In this document: piece after piece, positions 39,301-51,179 of the stretch
Numbering within the stretch: the stretch's first letter is position 1
How the letters are laid out: every line of letters begins with the position of its first letter
From: Gnetum montanum
Taxonomy: Eukaryota; Plantae; Gnetophyta
Assembly (NCBI GenBank): GCA_015680685.1
Contig: MNCI01000003.1
Location: forward strand, 166,144-230,143
DNA: 64,000 nt
Direction of reading: 5' to 3'
The notes under the pieces: generated by a model
What the model saw: the letters and a program-made list of their open reading frames with translations, nothing else
Databases searched by the model: none
Told to the model about the DNA's origin: nothing
Translations under genes and position numbers: made by a program

Positions 39301-42300
39301 TGGACCTTTTGCGATATTATTGCAAGGTTGTGGGTGTGGGAGGCCTGAAAATTGCTAGGGTGGAATGTTTGGCTAAACACTATGTTGATGACACGATGCT
39401 GCTCAGTTGGGCTGGGGTCCCACAAGCATGTGGCATTAATCTGGCACTTACCTAGATGGCTGCCGAGCTTGGCCTAGTGATAAAGCGTGCAAAGTCGACT
39501 GCACACTTCCTCAACGTAGACACTCAGGTGAAAGATCAGGTTTTGAAAATCCTAGGGGTTCCTTCTGGAACAATCCCAGACTCCTACCTGGGCATTCCGT
39601 TGTTTCATTGGGGTCATTGTATATCTTGGGGGCGATTTTGGAAAAAATCGAAACTCGGATCAAAAATTGGGCAAACCATTTTCTTACTCGTATGGACCTT
39701 TTGCGATATTATTGCAAGGCTGCGAGCGTAAGAGGCCTGGAAATTGCTAGGGTGGAATGTTTGGCTGAACACTATGCTGATGACATGATGCTACTCAATC
39801 GGGCTAGGGTCCCACAAGCGTGTGGCATTAATCTGGCACTTACCTGGATGGTTGCCAAGCTTGGCCTAGTGATAAAGCATGCAAAGTCGACTGCACACTT
39901 CCTCAATGTAGACACTCAGGTGAAAGACCGGGTTTTGCAAATCTTAGGGGTTTCTTCTGGAACGGTCCTAGACTCCTACCTGGGCATTTCGTTGTTTCAT
40001 TGGGGTCATTGTATATCTTGGGGGTGATTTTGGAAAAAATTAAAACTCGGATCAGAAACTAGGCGAACCATTTTCTTACTTGTAAAGGGCAGCTAGTGCT
40101 AGTGGCAATGACATGTTTCGTGGCCACTATTGCTCCCCCCCCCCCTTTCCGCGTGCAGGAAGTTGGGCTATTGACAAGCTCATACGTCACTTTGTGTGGT
40201 CAAGGGGCAAAGGAGGATGCAAATTGCACTTGGCCAGCTAGGACTGGATTGCATGCCCTCAATCTACGAGGGGTTTGGGGATTTCGAAATTCAAAGACAA
40301 ACTAACACTCGATCAACAATGTCCACTGCTTCGTTTCACCCGCCAAAATGAAGAAACAGCCCAGTGGATACAGATCATGAATGCTAAGTACATTTGATGG
40401 TAGTCAGGGGTGCATGACTCAAGGCCATGGCGTACACTTTGCAGCCATGCATTGCAAATGCAGTCACGAGGGTGGTTGCAATGCAGGCCGTGCTACCTAT
40501 TATCTGCCATGTATCCACCAATGCTAGGATGGAATCAAATATGGCAAGGCCGTTTGCCCGAGAAAATTAAAGTCTTTTTATGGCTGCTGGAAAGTAATGC
40601 ATCACCAGTACAGATAAATTTTCGAAGGCGTAACCTTGATATCAATGCCACCTGGCTGCTATGCGAGACTATGCCCAAGACCATCTACATTTTGCCTTCC
40701 AATGTGTTTACATGTGCGCCACGAGGCACGCAACAGGCTGGCCTCCCCCGCTAACGTTGTCTGACAATTCTCGAGCCACCTTGCTTTTATGGGTGGTTTA
40801 GAAAATCCGCAACCATAAAGTTTTCCAACAGCACCAATTACCCACCCCTACCATTGTGTAGGTAGTTTTACGGGTTGCAGCTACATGGAAAGAAATTGAT
40901 GCAACAATGGGGGTTACATCGACCTATGAGCCTGATTGTGCGGCATTCCATGACAATGCTTAGTTATGGGAAATGGTGGAGTGTTGCAGTTGGAGTAATG
41001 TCCTACCGCAATTGGTGGGCGACCTAGCCCTCCTAGACAACACCTTCTATACCAACTGGCAAGATGACCGCACATTTTTTTGGGATGTCGAAGTTATTCT
41101 CATGGAACCTGTGATTGCCAGATGTCTGGGGGCCAAAGAGGAGGGCAAAATCATTTTGCCCACTACTCGAGGGCTACAGGATGATGACATGTTTTTCACT
41201 AGGTCGGTGCCATGCACGCAACGTAGGCAGGTGCCCAGATCCACCCTACCACCTATCTGGGCTCAAGCTGCTAAGCTGGTGGACCAATTTTTTTGTACAA
41301 TCTGGAAACGGGTCCAAGCTCCAGGGCATCCACTCTGCGTTTCTCAAATGTCTAAAGTTGGGAATTAGGGTAAATCTGCCTCGCTTCTTTCTGATTGTTT
41401 TACAACAGCAGAAGAGGGGCACCATTCTGGGCTTATTTTGGCCTTTGGTAGGGGGCGGCGGGGGTGCAGTTGCAGGCGGGGCCAGGATTGGGTCCTGACC
41501 CCTTGGGGTTGTCATTGCCTGGACACTCCCGATTAGATCTACCTAGGCCATCGGGGACTAGGCCTACAGTGGTTTATTCCCAGAACCGGGTTGGCCACCG
41601 GGAGTCGAGTGCTTCCAACCCTATGGCGATGCCAAACGCATATCCGCGATCAACGTCGGAACACAAGGTTTTACGAGATGAGGAGTTGCGCCGCATGGCG
41701 GCGAAGGCTGTGACTGCTACTCGTGCTAAAGAAAGGCGTGACTAGGAAACCAAGTGGGACAAAGCCCTTGTGCATGCACAGGCTGAACTGGAGACCCATT
41801 TCTAGGAGCAGGAGCAAGAGCTGCTTCAACAACAAACCATGATGGTGGAGGCTACCAAGCCCAGCTGGCTGACGAGCTCCACGCCCAAATCCGAGAGGAG
41901 CTATCGCAAGAGGAGGCTACTCGCAAAGGGCGCACAGGGGTGGAGCGGGCACAACAAGAACAAGAACAGGATGAGGAAAGACAGAAGCAGAGGTAGCTGA
42001 ACCGGGCACACGAACAGAGCACATGCCAATGGCTTCGGGACGGGAGCTATTTGTACATTGTTCTGGGCATCAACTGCGACTGCTCATGGGGGGTGCTCCG
42101 ACAACACATTCGTCAGACGTCTGCGTGCTTCCACCCAGATGAGGGGACGTTGGTTGAGAAGCGAAATCGACGAGAGGCAACCATGCAAGCTATTCAACAA
42201 GCAACCAATTTTGTGGATTCTGAATTGCATCGTAACAAGTTGGATATTCTCCATGCCCTCGAGCACCCACATTGCACATGTCATAAACCACCGACACAAC

Positions 42301-45300
42301 CAAGTTGTGGTCTCCACTGTCCCCCAATTGGCTGATCTGGCCTTTTTGTGATGTGGTTTTCGTTGTTGTAAGTCTTGGCTGTCTAGTTTTGTGGTTGAGG
42401 CCCTCCCCCGGATCATGAGATCATCCATGTTGGCCACTGCTGGTGACCTGATTTTGTATTTTACTTTCTAGTAATATTATCCCAAACATTCTCTCAAAAA
42501 AAAAAAAGGTAAGATACATATTCTTGATGGAACTGTTGGACCTTCCAAGTTCATAGGCATTAAACTTTAGGGATCTTTAGGCTAGTTTATCAAGTCAAGT
42601 TCAACTTTCATTTTTTACAGCCTTACACCCTAACTACTGGACCTGTTTGGTTGCTTCAATTCCTCTCAGATTCTTGAAAGTCCAAACTTTCATTCTTAAA
42701 AATTTTGAACCATTCCTTTGTTCAAGTTCAGTTGGTGCCTTGAGTGACCTACACAATTCTCAGTTATTTCTTTTTTTCCTAGTGAAAGGACATAAGGGGG
42801 GTAGTCAATGTTGGAGGTCTAACAACTAGGCCCCCACAATTTGCAGGGCCATGGAACCTAGAGTTACATCAGGCTTCTTAAGCTATTACCCTAACCACAT
42901 TTGCAATTTGGTAGAATGGTACTATGCAAGGCCTTCAACCCACTCGGTAAAACCATGTCTAAAATGGTGTAGCAATTCAACTCTACTATGAGATATATCC
43001 TATGGGTTTTGTTGGCAAATTGGCACAATGATATAGTGTGTCTAACATTAACTATTAGCTAGCAAAATTATAAGGGTTCCAGCTAGATAGTCACCATGGT
43101 GTCATTGCTAAGCAAAATAGAGCCAAGCTTTATATTACAATGCATGTTTGCATAAATGTAATTACATGCATTGACATTACTACCTACTAATATGTTGTGG
43201 TGAATGTCGGCTGTTAGCAAGTACCGAGACGAATTCCATCTTGAGTCTACCTTCACAACAAGATTTTTGAGGACTCTAGGCAATGCCAATCAATGCCTCA
43301 AAGCAGCATAATATGACCAAGTTTCATATGATGCATTAAACATCAAGTGTGAAGGCTTTCCCTGATAACTGAATTGTTAAGAGAAATGCTAATATTGTTT
43401 GACAGTATCATAAGACTATGTTCATTGCAAGTACAACTCATCATGATTATATCATTAATATAGTGTATTGCTTAAAAATATTCTAAATGGAACTATAAAT
43501 ATTAATTTGTTGCCAGCTCTACATGCTTGCCGAGTGACACTTGGATTAAATATTATTGTGAAGTGTACATTGAAGACAACAATACACTGAATTCCCAGCA
43601 ATGTCAAAATTAATATGGTTGACATTGTAAGAAAAATTATTTTAGATAGCACAATTTCTTTAAATATTTCTATATAAGTTCCAAATGATTCTTTAAACAT
43701 GCAAATCAATCAATGTAAAGTCAAGTCATATAGATTGAGAGTGAATTGCTTGCCGCAACCACTCTAATCAGTAAGCCTTTATGCATATCACTCACTGCAT
43801 TTGTTAGTTTCATTATTGTTATCGAAAATAAAATAATAAAATAGTGACCACAATGTAAATTAAATTTAAAAACATTGAAAGCATGCGGGAAAAGGATAAA
43901 TCAGACAGCATTATAGATTATCCTTTACCACTTCAAAAGTTAGATCTGAAAGATCAAAGTTTTTTTTAAAACAACTATGAATCTCAAAACTCCCGATTCA
44001 GTAATCAGATTTCAATCCTTCCTATTGGTTGTTGATGAAGGATTGTATCATTGAGCTATGATCTGTTACGCTACTATTACTTCTGGGCTATTGCAACTAC
44101 TTTTATTCATTCTATGTTGATAATTGACAGTTAGCAATGTGTGTTATCACATGTTACAGACAAACTATAATTTGTCACATATTTTATGTCTGATTTTTAT
44201 CCCTATTGAAGTAACTCTTTCAAATATTAGGGATTGCCAACTCTTACCCTAGTCCCTTTTTTAAAGCATGATACATATCATCATGTTCCCTTTTCTTGGG
44301 TCAATGTTTCAAAGATATTAAGCTATTAATTCTAACTAAGCAACTGCCTCACAAGTGTCAATTAAAAACATATATACATGGCATTAGAATACAAGGTGCA
44401 TGCACATCTTCATATCAAATTAATATGAACAGTCTTCATGAAAACATCTTCATTATAACTAGATTGACAGAACCAAGTATCTCTCTGTAAAGGTATAGAG
44501 CGTCTTACCCATGCCAAAGATGCCTGAAATATTGTTCCAACTGTCCAAAAAGCTGTGAACACAATCATCCAAAATCCTCTTGATGAAGTTGGTATAAATT
44601 CTAAAAACCATGATGCAAATACTGGACCACCACCAATTCCAAAACCAACCAGGCAACGAAGAAACACCAAGGTAATGTAGTTTGGAGAGAAGGCACTTAA
44701 GAGTCCAGTAGAAAATGTCAAAACTGCTGTTACAAAAAATCCATACCTAAGCAGCAACAGAATAAATGGAGTAAACTAATCAATGCCATGAATTTGTAGA
44801 AGATCTCAAAATTTAAATTTTATTGTCCTTAAAATTCACAAAGATAATGATATTATAATAAATCACTTTATTTCATTCAACAATCAAGAGATAATGTCCA
44901 AAAAATTCAAGGCTGTTTAAAGTCTAAAGACCAAACTTTCATTATTAATTATGATGTATTGTTGCCCACTACATGCTTAGCATAATGCCTATTTCATATC
45001 TAATGCATCCTTCACTCAATGTACCATTGCATATATTTCTTTTTTGCTCCCATAAATCCAATGTTGTTTGTACTGATAAAATCCTAGCCACATTGTTGAA
45101 CTTTTGCTGATTAGACATGGAGGCAGAAGACGCAATGCACATAATTTCAATATTATTGTTCATACGGTGTCCATGATGTTTTAATTGTGAGATTTCTTTA
45201 CATGAGTACCTATTTGAAATTGTTTGTTAAGCATGGTTTATTGAAATATTTTAATGTGGTTGCAAATTACTATACATGGAATAGTATGATTTAAAATGAA

Positions 45301-48300
45301 ACAATATTATCAATATTGACAAAATTGAGCAGAAAACAGTGCTGCCCTCTCAGCTGATTTATAGCTGACAAAATTGAGCAGAAAACAGCGCTGCCCTCTC
45401 AGCTGATTTATAATTGACAAAATTGAGCAGAAAACAGCACTGTCCTCTCAACTGATTTATAGTTAGTGATTGATTGATATTTTGCTGATTTTTAGGAATT
45501 AGTTTGGAGAGATTTTCTCCTTGATTTTCTTCATGTAATCTCTATATATACCTCCACTTGTAAACAAGAAGCAATCAAAAAAGAGATTTCCCTTTCTTTT
45601 CAAATTTTTTCATGGTATCAGAGCTTTAGGTTTTGAACCCTAGGGACATTTTTTTTTTCATTTGACCTTCATTGCTGTATTTCTTCTCCTGCTACGGCCT
45701 TCATTGTCGTTTCTAGTTGGGTAATTCAACCCTTATTGCTGCAATCCTCTTCCTCTCCTTGTTTTTCTTTACCAAACAAGGACAACATGTGGTGTACCTT
45801 CTACAAGAAACCAAGGCATACGAGGGAGATGTGCTTCAAGCTTCATGGAAAGCCACCAAGCAAGGAATGGGGAAATAAGGGTGGAAAGCAAAAAATTCAA
45901 GGTCAAGCAAATCAAGCCTCATCTTCACAAGAAGAAGAGAAAGCTCTAGAAGCAAGGGCATTTGACAAAGAAGAGATAGAGAAATTGAAGAATCTTCTAG
46001 CCACTCTTGAAAAATCTTCAAGTACTTGTTCATTGGTACATTCAAGTGAGCTTCCAATTTCTCATTATTTAAGTGCCTCCGATCAGTGTTTTAAAGACTC
46101 TTGGATCATCGATTCAGGAGCCACAGATCACATGACACATGCATCTCATAATTTTAGTTATTATTTCCCTTGCCCTAGTAATCGAAAAATTACCACGGCA
46201 GATGGATCACCAACCATAGTTGTCGGTATAGGGAATGTTAAAATTGAACATGATATGATTCTTAAAGATGTTCTTCATGTTCCAAAATTATCAACAAATC
46301 TCATCTCCATAACCAAACTTTCTCAAGATCTAAATTGCAAAGTAACCTTCTTCCCAACTTATTGTCTATTTTAGGATCGGGACTTGGGCAGGATGACTGG
46401 ACTTGCTAAGGAGAAGGGAGGATTATATTGTCTTGAAAAGACTAAAAAGACAAGTGCCAATAAGTGAAATCAACCTCTAACCCTCCTATTCGCAAGTCAT
46501 TCAACAAATAAAGGCATGATTTGGCTTCACCACTTTAGACTAGGACATCCTTCATTCAAAATACTTGAAACCATGTATCCTCATTTGTTTAAGGGCTTAG
46601 AAAAGGAAATGTTTAATTGTGAAACTTGTGAACTCGCAAAGCACAAACGTGTAGCATTTCCCATCAATAATAAAAGAAGCTTGTTTCCATTTGATTTAAT
46701 TCATAGTGATATCTGGGGACCATCTCTAATTTCAAATATTTTTGGGGCACGATGGTTTGTTTTATTTATCAATGATTGCACAAGAGTCACTTGGATTTTC
46801 TTAATCAAGTCCAAAACTGATGTTAGTGATGTCCTCCCAAATTTTCATTCCATGATTAAAAATCAATTTGGAATCAATATCAAAAGGTTTTGTTTAGATA
46901 ATGCCAAAGATCATTTTAACCAAACACTAACAACGTTCTTTCAAAAGGAGGGAATCATCCATGAGTCCTCTTGTGTCTATACCCCACAACAAGATGGAGT
47001 GGCAGAGAGAAAAAATGGTCACCTTCTTTCTACAGCTCGGGCTTTATTGTTCCAAAAAAATGTCCCAAAAAATTACTAGGGAGAAGTTGTCCGTACAACT
47101 ACACATATCATAAACAGATTACCAACTCAAGTGCTCCATTCAAAAAGTCTGATAGAAGTGTTATTTCAATTCTTTCCAACACTTCATACTACAAACCATC
47201 TTATCCCTACAATATTTGGATTTGTTTTGTTTGTCCATATTCACAATCAAAATAGGGGAAATTTTGATCTGAGCACCCTCAAAATGGTCTTTGTTGGGTA
47301 TTCTTCAACCCAAAAGGGCTACAAATGCTATCATCCACCAACCAAAAAATTTCTTGTTTCTGCAAATGTCACCTTTGTTGAAACTGAGTCATACTTCACA
47401 CAACCTTATCGTCAGAGGAAGCAAATAGTAGTAGAAGATAAGGACTTCTTTCTTCTTGACCTACCCATAACCGAGTCTTCTGAGTCTTCCTATTCTTTGC
47501 TACCACAAACCGAGCCCAAGCCTCTTCCTCAAATTGCAAAACAAAATGATGAAGGTAACGAAACCACTACTGACACATGTCCTCCTCAAGTGTTCTCAAG
47601 AAGGAAACATCCAAACCAAAAACCAAGGCAAGTCCAAACATCGGGCTCGAGCGCTGGTAATGAGGTAATACATCATAACCCATCTGATTCTCCTACTAAA
47701 TCCTTGTCTAATATTGACTTACCTATTGCAGATCGAAAAGGAAAAAGAGAATGCACCAATCACCCACTATATCCTATATCTCATTTTGTGTCTTTTCACA
47801 AATGTTCCTCAACTCATAGAGCATTTCTCACAAATCTTAACAATGTGTCTATTCCTTCAACACTATATGAGGCCTTAAACTGTGAAAATTGGGAAAAAGC
47901 TATGAATGTAGAAATGCAAGCCTTGGAGAAGAACAACACATGGGAGATATTGGACTTGCCAAAGGGGAAGAAACCAGTAGGATGCAAATGGGTATACACT
48001 GTGAAATACAAAGCTGATGGTTCTCTGGAGAGGTACAAAGTGAGATTGGTAGCCAAGGGATACACATAGACGTATGGGATAGACCATCAAGAGACATTCA
48101 CACCAGTGGCAAAGATGAATATGGTAAGAATCCTTTTGTCTCTAGCAATTAATTATGATTGGCCTTTAAAGCAATTTGATGTGAAAAATGCTTTCCTACA
48201 TGGGGACATAGAAGAGGAAATTTACATGGAGATTCCACCAGGCTATAATCAGAATATGGCCTCAAACAAGGTATGCAAATTCAAGAAAGCCTTGTACGGC

Positions 48301-51179
48301 TTAAAGCAATCACCTAGGGCCTGGTTTGGAAGGTTTAGTAAGGTAATGATTGGAATGGGCTACAAACAAAGTCAAGGAGACTATACCTTATTTATTCGAC
48401 ACACTAACTCAAAGGGAGTCACTGCAAGCACTTGGCAAAGGAGTTCGAGATAAAAGACTTGGGAAATTTGAAGTACTTCCTAGGTATAGAAGTGGCACGG
48501 TCAAAGCAAGGAATTTTCATGAGCCAACAAAAATATACCCTAGATCTTCTAAGAGACATGGGGAAATTAGCTTGCAAACCATCAAGCACACCTATGGATC
48601 CTAATCGTAAGCTTGGAGAAGCAACGGAAGATGTGGCCATCGACAAAGGAATGTATTAAATATTGGTTGGTAGGCTTATTTATCTATCCCATATGCAACC
48701 TGATATAGCCTATGCAGTGAGTGTGGTAAGCCAATTCATGCACACTCCTAAGGAGGTTCACTTACAGGCAATCTATTGCATCCTGCACTATCTGAAAGGG
48801 TCTCCAAGTAAAGGCATCTTATTCAAGAAAAGTGATAGACTCACACTAGAGGCTTATACGAATGCAGACTATGCAGGATCAGTCATAGATAGGAGATCCA
48901 CCATCGGGTATTGTACCTTTGTTGGAGGAAATCTAATCACTTGGAGAAGCAAGAAGCAAAATGTAGTAGCAAGATCCAATGCTAAATCTAAATTTAGTGT
49001 AATGGCACAAGGAATATGCGAACTGTTATGGCTGAAGATTATCCTAGAAGATATAAGAGTCCATTGGGAAGGACCTATGAGATTATACTGTGATAACAAG
49101 TCAGCTATTAGCATCGCCCACAATCCAATGCAACATGATTGGACTAAGCATATTGAAATTGATAGGCACTTTATCAAAGAAAAACTTGAGAGTGGTCTCA
49201 TTTGTACACCTTATGTTTCTTCCAATTCACAATTGGCAAACAATGGACAATGTCTATTCACCAGCTTGAGAGGGAGTGACAAAATTGAGCAGAAAACAAC
49301 GCTGCCCTCTCAGCTAATTTATAGCTGACAAAATTGAGTAGAAAACAAGGCTGCCCTATCAGCTGATTTATAGTTGACAAAACTGTGTAGAAAACAGCGC
49401 TGTCCTCTGAGCTGATTTATAGTTAGTGAGTTATTGATATTTTGCTGATTTTTAGGAATTAGTTTGGAGAGATTTTCTCCTTGATTTTCTCCATGTAATC
49501 TCTATATATACCTCGACTTCTAAACAAGAAGCAATCAAGAAAGAGATTTCCCTTTCTTTTCAAATGTTGTCAAATATCCTAGCCTTATAACAAAATGGGA
49601 TCAGCTACATGAGTTCTTTTTTATCATTCACCTCTATGAAGAGCTAGATCTTTGTTTATTTGCAATGTCTTCAAATTATCTTCAATCATTCTTTTCATGT
49701 CTTTATTGATCTTTCTTTCAATAGCTTTCCTAGAACAATGATATAGCAACCTTTTTTTATGGGCTCATTATTTGATCTTTTTGCACATGCCTAAATCTTC
49801 GATGCTATTCTTGTAGCTTATCTAAAATAAAAACCATTCCAAGCCATCCTCTAATGTCTATACTGTGCAATTTATCTCTTCTTGTAACATTCAAGATCCA
49901 TCTTAAGTATTTGCATTTCTGCCACATTGATTTATTGGTCATGCTTCTTTTGTACTACCCAACATTCCACACCATAAAAAATACCAAGTCTGATTGTTGT
50001 CCTATAAAATTTTCCCTTCAGTTATATTAGGATTCTTTTATTGCATAAAATACAACTAGTCTATCTCTATTTTGACCATTTTGCCTCAATCCTATTCTTA
50101 TATCTTTATCAATATGACCATTTGATTAAAGCATTGATCATAAGTAGCAGACCTATTTGCAATAAAGGGTTAAAATAAAATAACATACCAAACCAAATCA
50201 GAAAGCAAGATGTCTTTATTTATAGCTTATCATTTCTTAATGCATATTCATGTATCCTTTCTACAAATCACTCCATGTCTCAATGTCATGTTTTGTAACA
50301 TTTCCAAGAACCAAACGACTTTAACATGTCCAAACTCCTGTGCCAAATGTCTCATTTTTCAATAATTTTTTGATAGAGAAAAATGTTTGAGAATGCATTC
50401 TTCATACCAAAACTAGTGTTGCCAGTCAATGCTATAGAAGGAAGCTCTTTACTTTTTGCTAATGTTTCATATCCACAAGATGTAGCTTATTGATCAGATT
50501 TGGGACCTGCACCTCACGATTCAAAAGTTCAATCCCAACAATTTACATTTAGATATACATCAACTATGCAAAAGCAATGGCTAACTCAAAAAGGTCATGA
50601 ATTTAAGTTTGAGATGGCATGATATAACTAGTTTCTATTCAAAAAGCTAAGTCCCAATAGCCTTTATCACAACGTTTTTGCTTCCAATAAAAATCAAATA
50701 TTTATGAACTCACTAAAATAATATCACACCATGTAGATTTTCTAAATGGTTATGCATAAATGTGCCTTACAGAAATTGCAATTTATTATTATTATTTTTG
50801 GGTGTAAACAATGCTTCTGACATTTGTCTTGTAAATGTTTAAGAATAATCATAAATTGCTTGCTATCTGAACTAAATCCATTACGTTGCTGCCTTGATAT
50901 AAAGCATTACCTTCTTCCCTTTGAGTCTGAAATAACGCCCCAGAGGTATGCACCTATCATCATTCCAACAAACACCATACTGGTGATAATACTTTCTTGG
51001 TAAGGAGATAATCCCCATTCAGACTGGACTGCAGGTCCAACAAATGAAAGCAACATCATTTCCATTGCTTCAGCAATCCAACCCATTCCAGCATAGCCTA
51101 GGATAAGCCATTGAAACTTCCCAAAGCCAACAGCTGTAAGCGCATTTTCCAATGTATATTTCTGTTCATTGTCTTCCAT
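24084..51179 (-). CDS. OCT7: MFS organic cation/carnitine transporter 7-like (NiaP/SV2-related), ~497 aa, 5 coding exons
   Basis: Exons 51179-50911, 44746-44509, 25386-24855, 24682-24480 and 24335-24084. All introns are GT-AG and phase-compatible (1494 nt total). Motifs GFGKFQ, GMGWIAEAMEMMLLSFVGP, SDSKGRR, LEFIP..SRG, LGWRWL, PESPRF, DYYGRK, YAPEVYPTSIRSTG, PLETKGKDL. Confidence 0.95.
24480..24682 (-). CDS. OCT7: OCT7-like coding exon 4
   Basis: GACAG|EIPGLIVAA...YIYAPE|GTTTG. Confidence 0.92.
24855..25386 (-). CDS. OCT7: OCT7-like coding exon 3
   Basis: CCAG|IVMPKLGWRW...PESPRF...FISSFA G|GTAAG. Confidence 0.92.
27455..27728 (+). mobile_element. 3' fragment of an RTE-clade LINE
   Basis: Translates MLRWM...IRGRLGVASISNKLHD*HLR*FGHMQRR, like the RTE ORF C-terminus; ends ATGTAGCCACCCTACTTTGTTGGGACAAGG(ATG)n, like plant RTE 3' tails. 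Confidence 0.75.
30080..30318 (-). mobile_element. tRNA-derived SINE (same family as 54565, 54990, 55224)
   Basis: Minus strand GACAATGAGGTGTTAGCTTAGTGG (A box)...GATTCGATTCC (B box); no tRNA acceptor stem. Confidence 0.65.
31028..34748 (-). mobile_element. Non-autonomous copia-derived LTR element (gag+protease only, TR-GAG-like)
   Basis: Diverged ~880-bp direct repeats 31028-31905 and 33861-34748. PBS-like GGGTATCAAAGC (33858-33847); PPT GAAGGGAGAGAT abutting 31905. Decayed gag and two protease-like motifs (RWVLDSGA..HMT, RWVHDSG). No RT/INT; no clear TSD. Confidence 0.8.
35725..37280 (+). mobile_element. Highly decayed Ty3/gypsy (chromovirus-like) pol relic
   Basis: FLDKFM..LDDIMVY (RT), FLGHII...KVEAIQ..P.PKN.HELRQFMGL, RNase H WHHYLLG, INT PWITVSMDFIMDLP. 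Confidence 0.8.
35832..35988 (-). mobile_element. Au-like tRNA SINE inserted into the gypsy RT relic
   Basis: Minus strand GGGGCCATC...TGGTAAGG...GAATTCAAGC...GACCCTCCCAGGACC...GTGGGATGAGC resembles the Au SINE layout; it splits the RT translation after HLELV. Confidence 0.5.
38539..42507 (+). mobile_element. 5'-truncated L1-clade LINE, antisense in OCT7 intron 2, with an unusual 3' coiled-coil + J-domain extension
   Basis: RT motifs APGQDGWSLEFFK, IPK, FRPIGVCNV, KLDITKAYDTISW, GLQQGDPLSPLLF, HYADD, YLGIPL; zf-RVT PEKIKVFLWLL ~40560. GC-rich throughout; A12 tail at 42496-42507; candidate TSD AAAGG (38534-38538/42505-42509). Confidence 0.9.
42048..42245 (+). pseudogene. DnaJ/Hsp40 J-domain coding segment within the LINE 3' region
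   Basis: YLYIVLGINCDCSWGVLRQHIRQTSACFHPDEG...EATMQAIQQATNFVDSELHRNKLD: Y..LG, 21 residues, HPD, then I..A...R...D, as in the J-domain consensus. Confidence 0.75.
44509..44746 (-). CDS. OCT7: OCT7-like coding exon 2
   Basis: TTAG|G TAT GGA; YGFFVTAV...ASLAW|GTAAG. Confidence 0.92.
45317..49572 (+). mobile_element. Internally deleted Ty1/copia (Ale-like) LTR retrotransposon in OCT7 intron 1
   Basis: 296-bp LTRs 45317-45612 and 49277-49572 (TG...CA), each with three 49-bp repeats. TSD AATAT; PBS TGGTATCAGAGC 45613-45624; PPT GAGAGGGAG. PR WIIDSGATDHMT, INT, RT (GCKWVY, QFDVKNAFLHG) and RNase H (KHIEIDRHF). Confidence 0.95.
49573..50150 (-). mobile_element. 5'-truncated RTE-clade LINE fragment
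   Basis: Minus-strand translation KGKFYRTTIR...ECWV...VAEMQIL matches the RTE C-terminus; 3' end CATGTAGCTGATCCC...TAAGGCT. Confidence 0.8.
50911..51179 (-). CDS. OCT7: OCT7-like coding exon 1
   Basis: TTTGCAG|ATG GAA GAC...; MEDNEQKYTLENAL...SDSKGR; donor AG|GTAAT. Confidence 0.92.
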
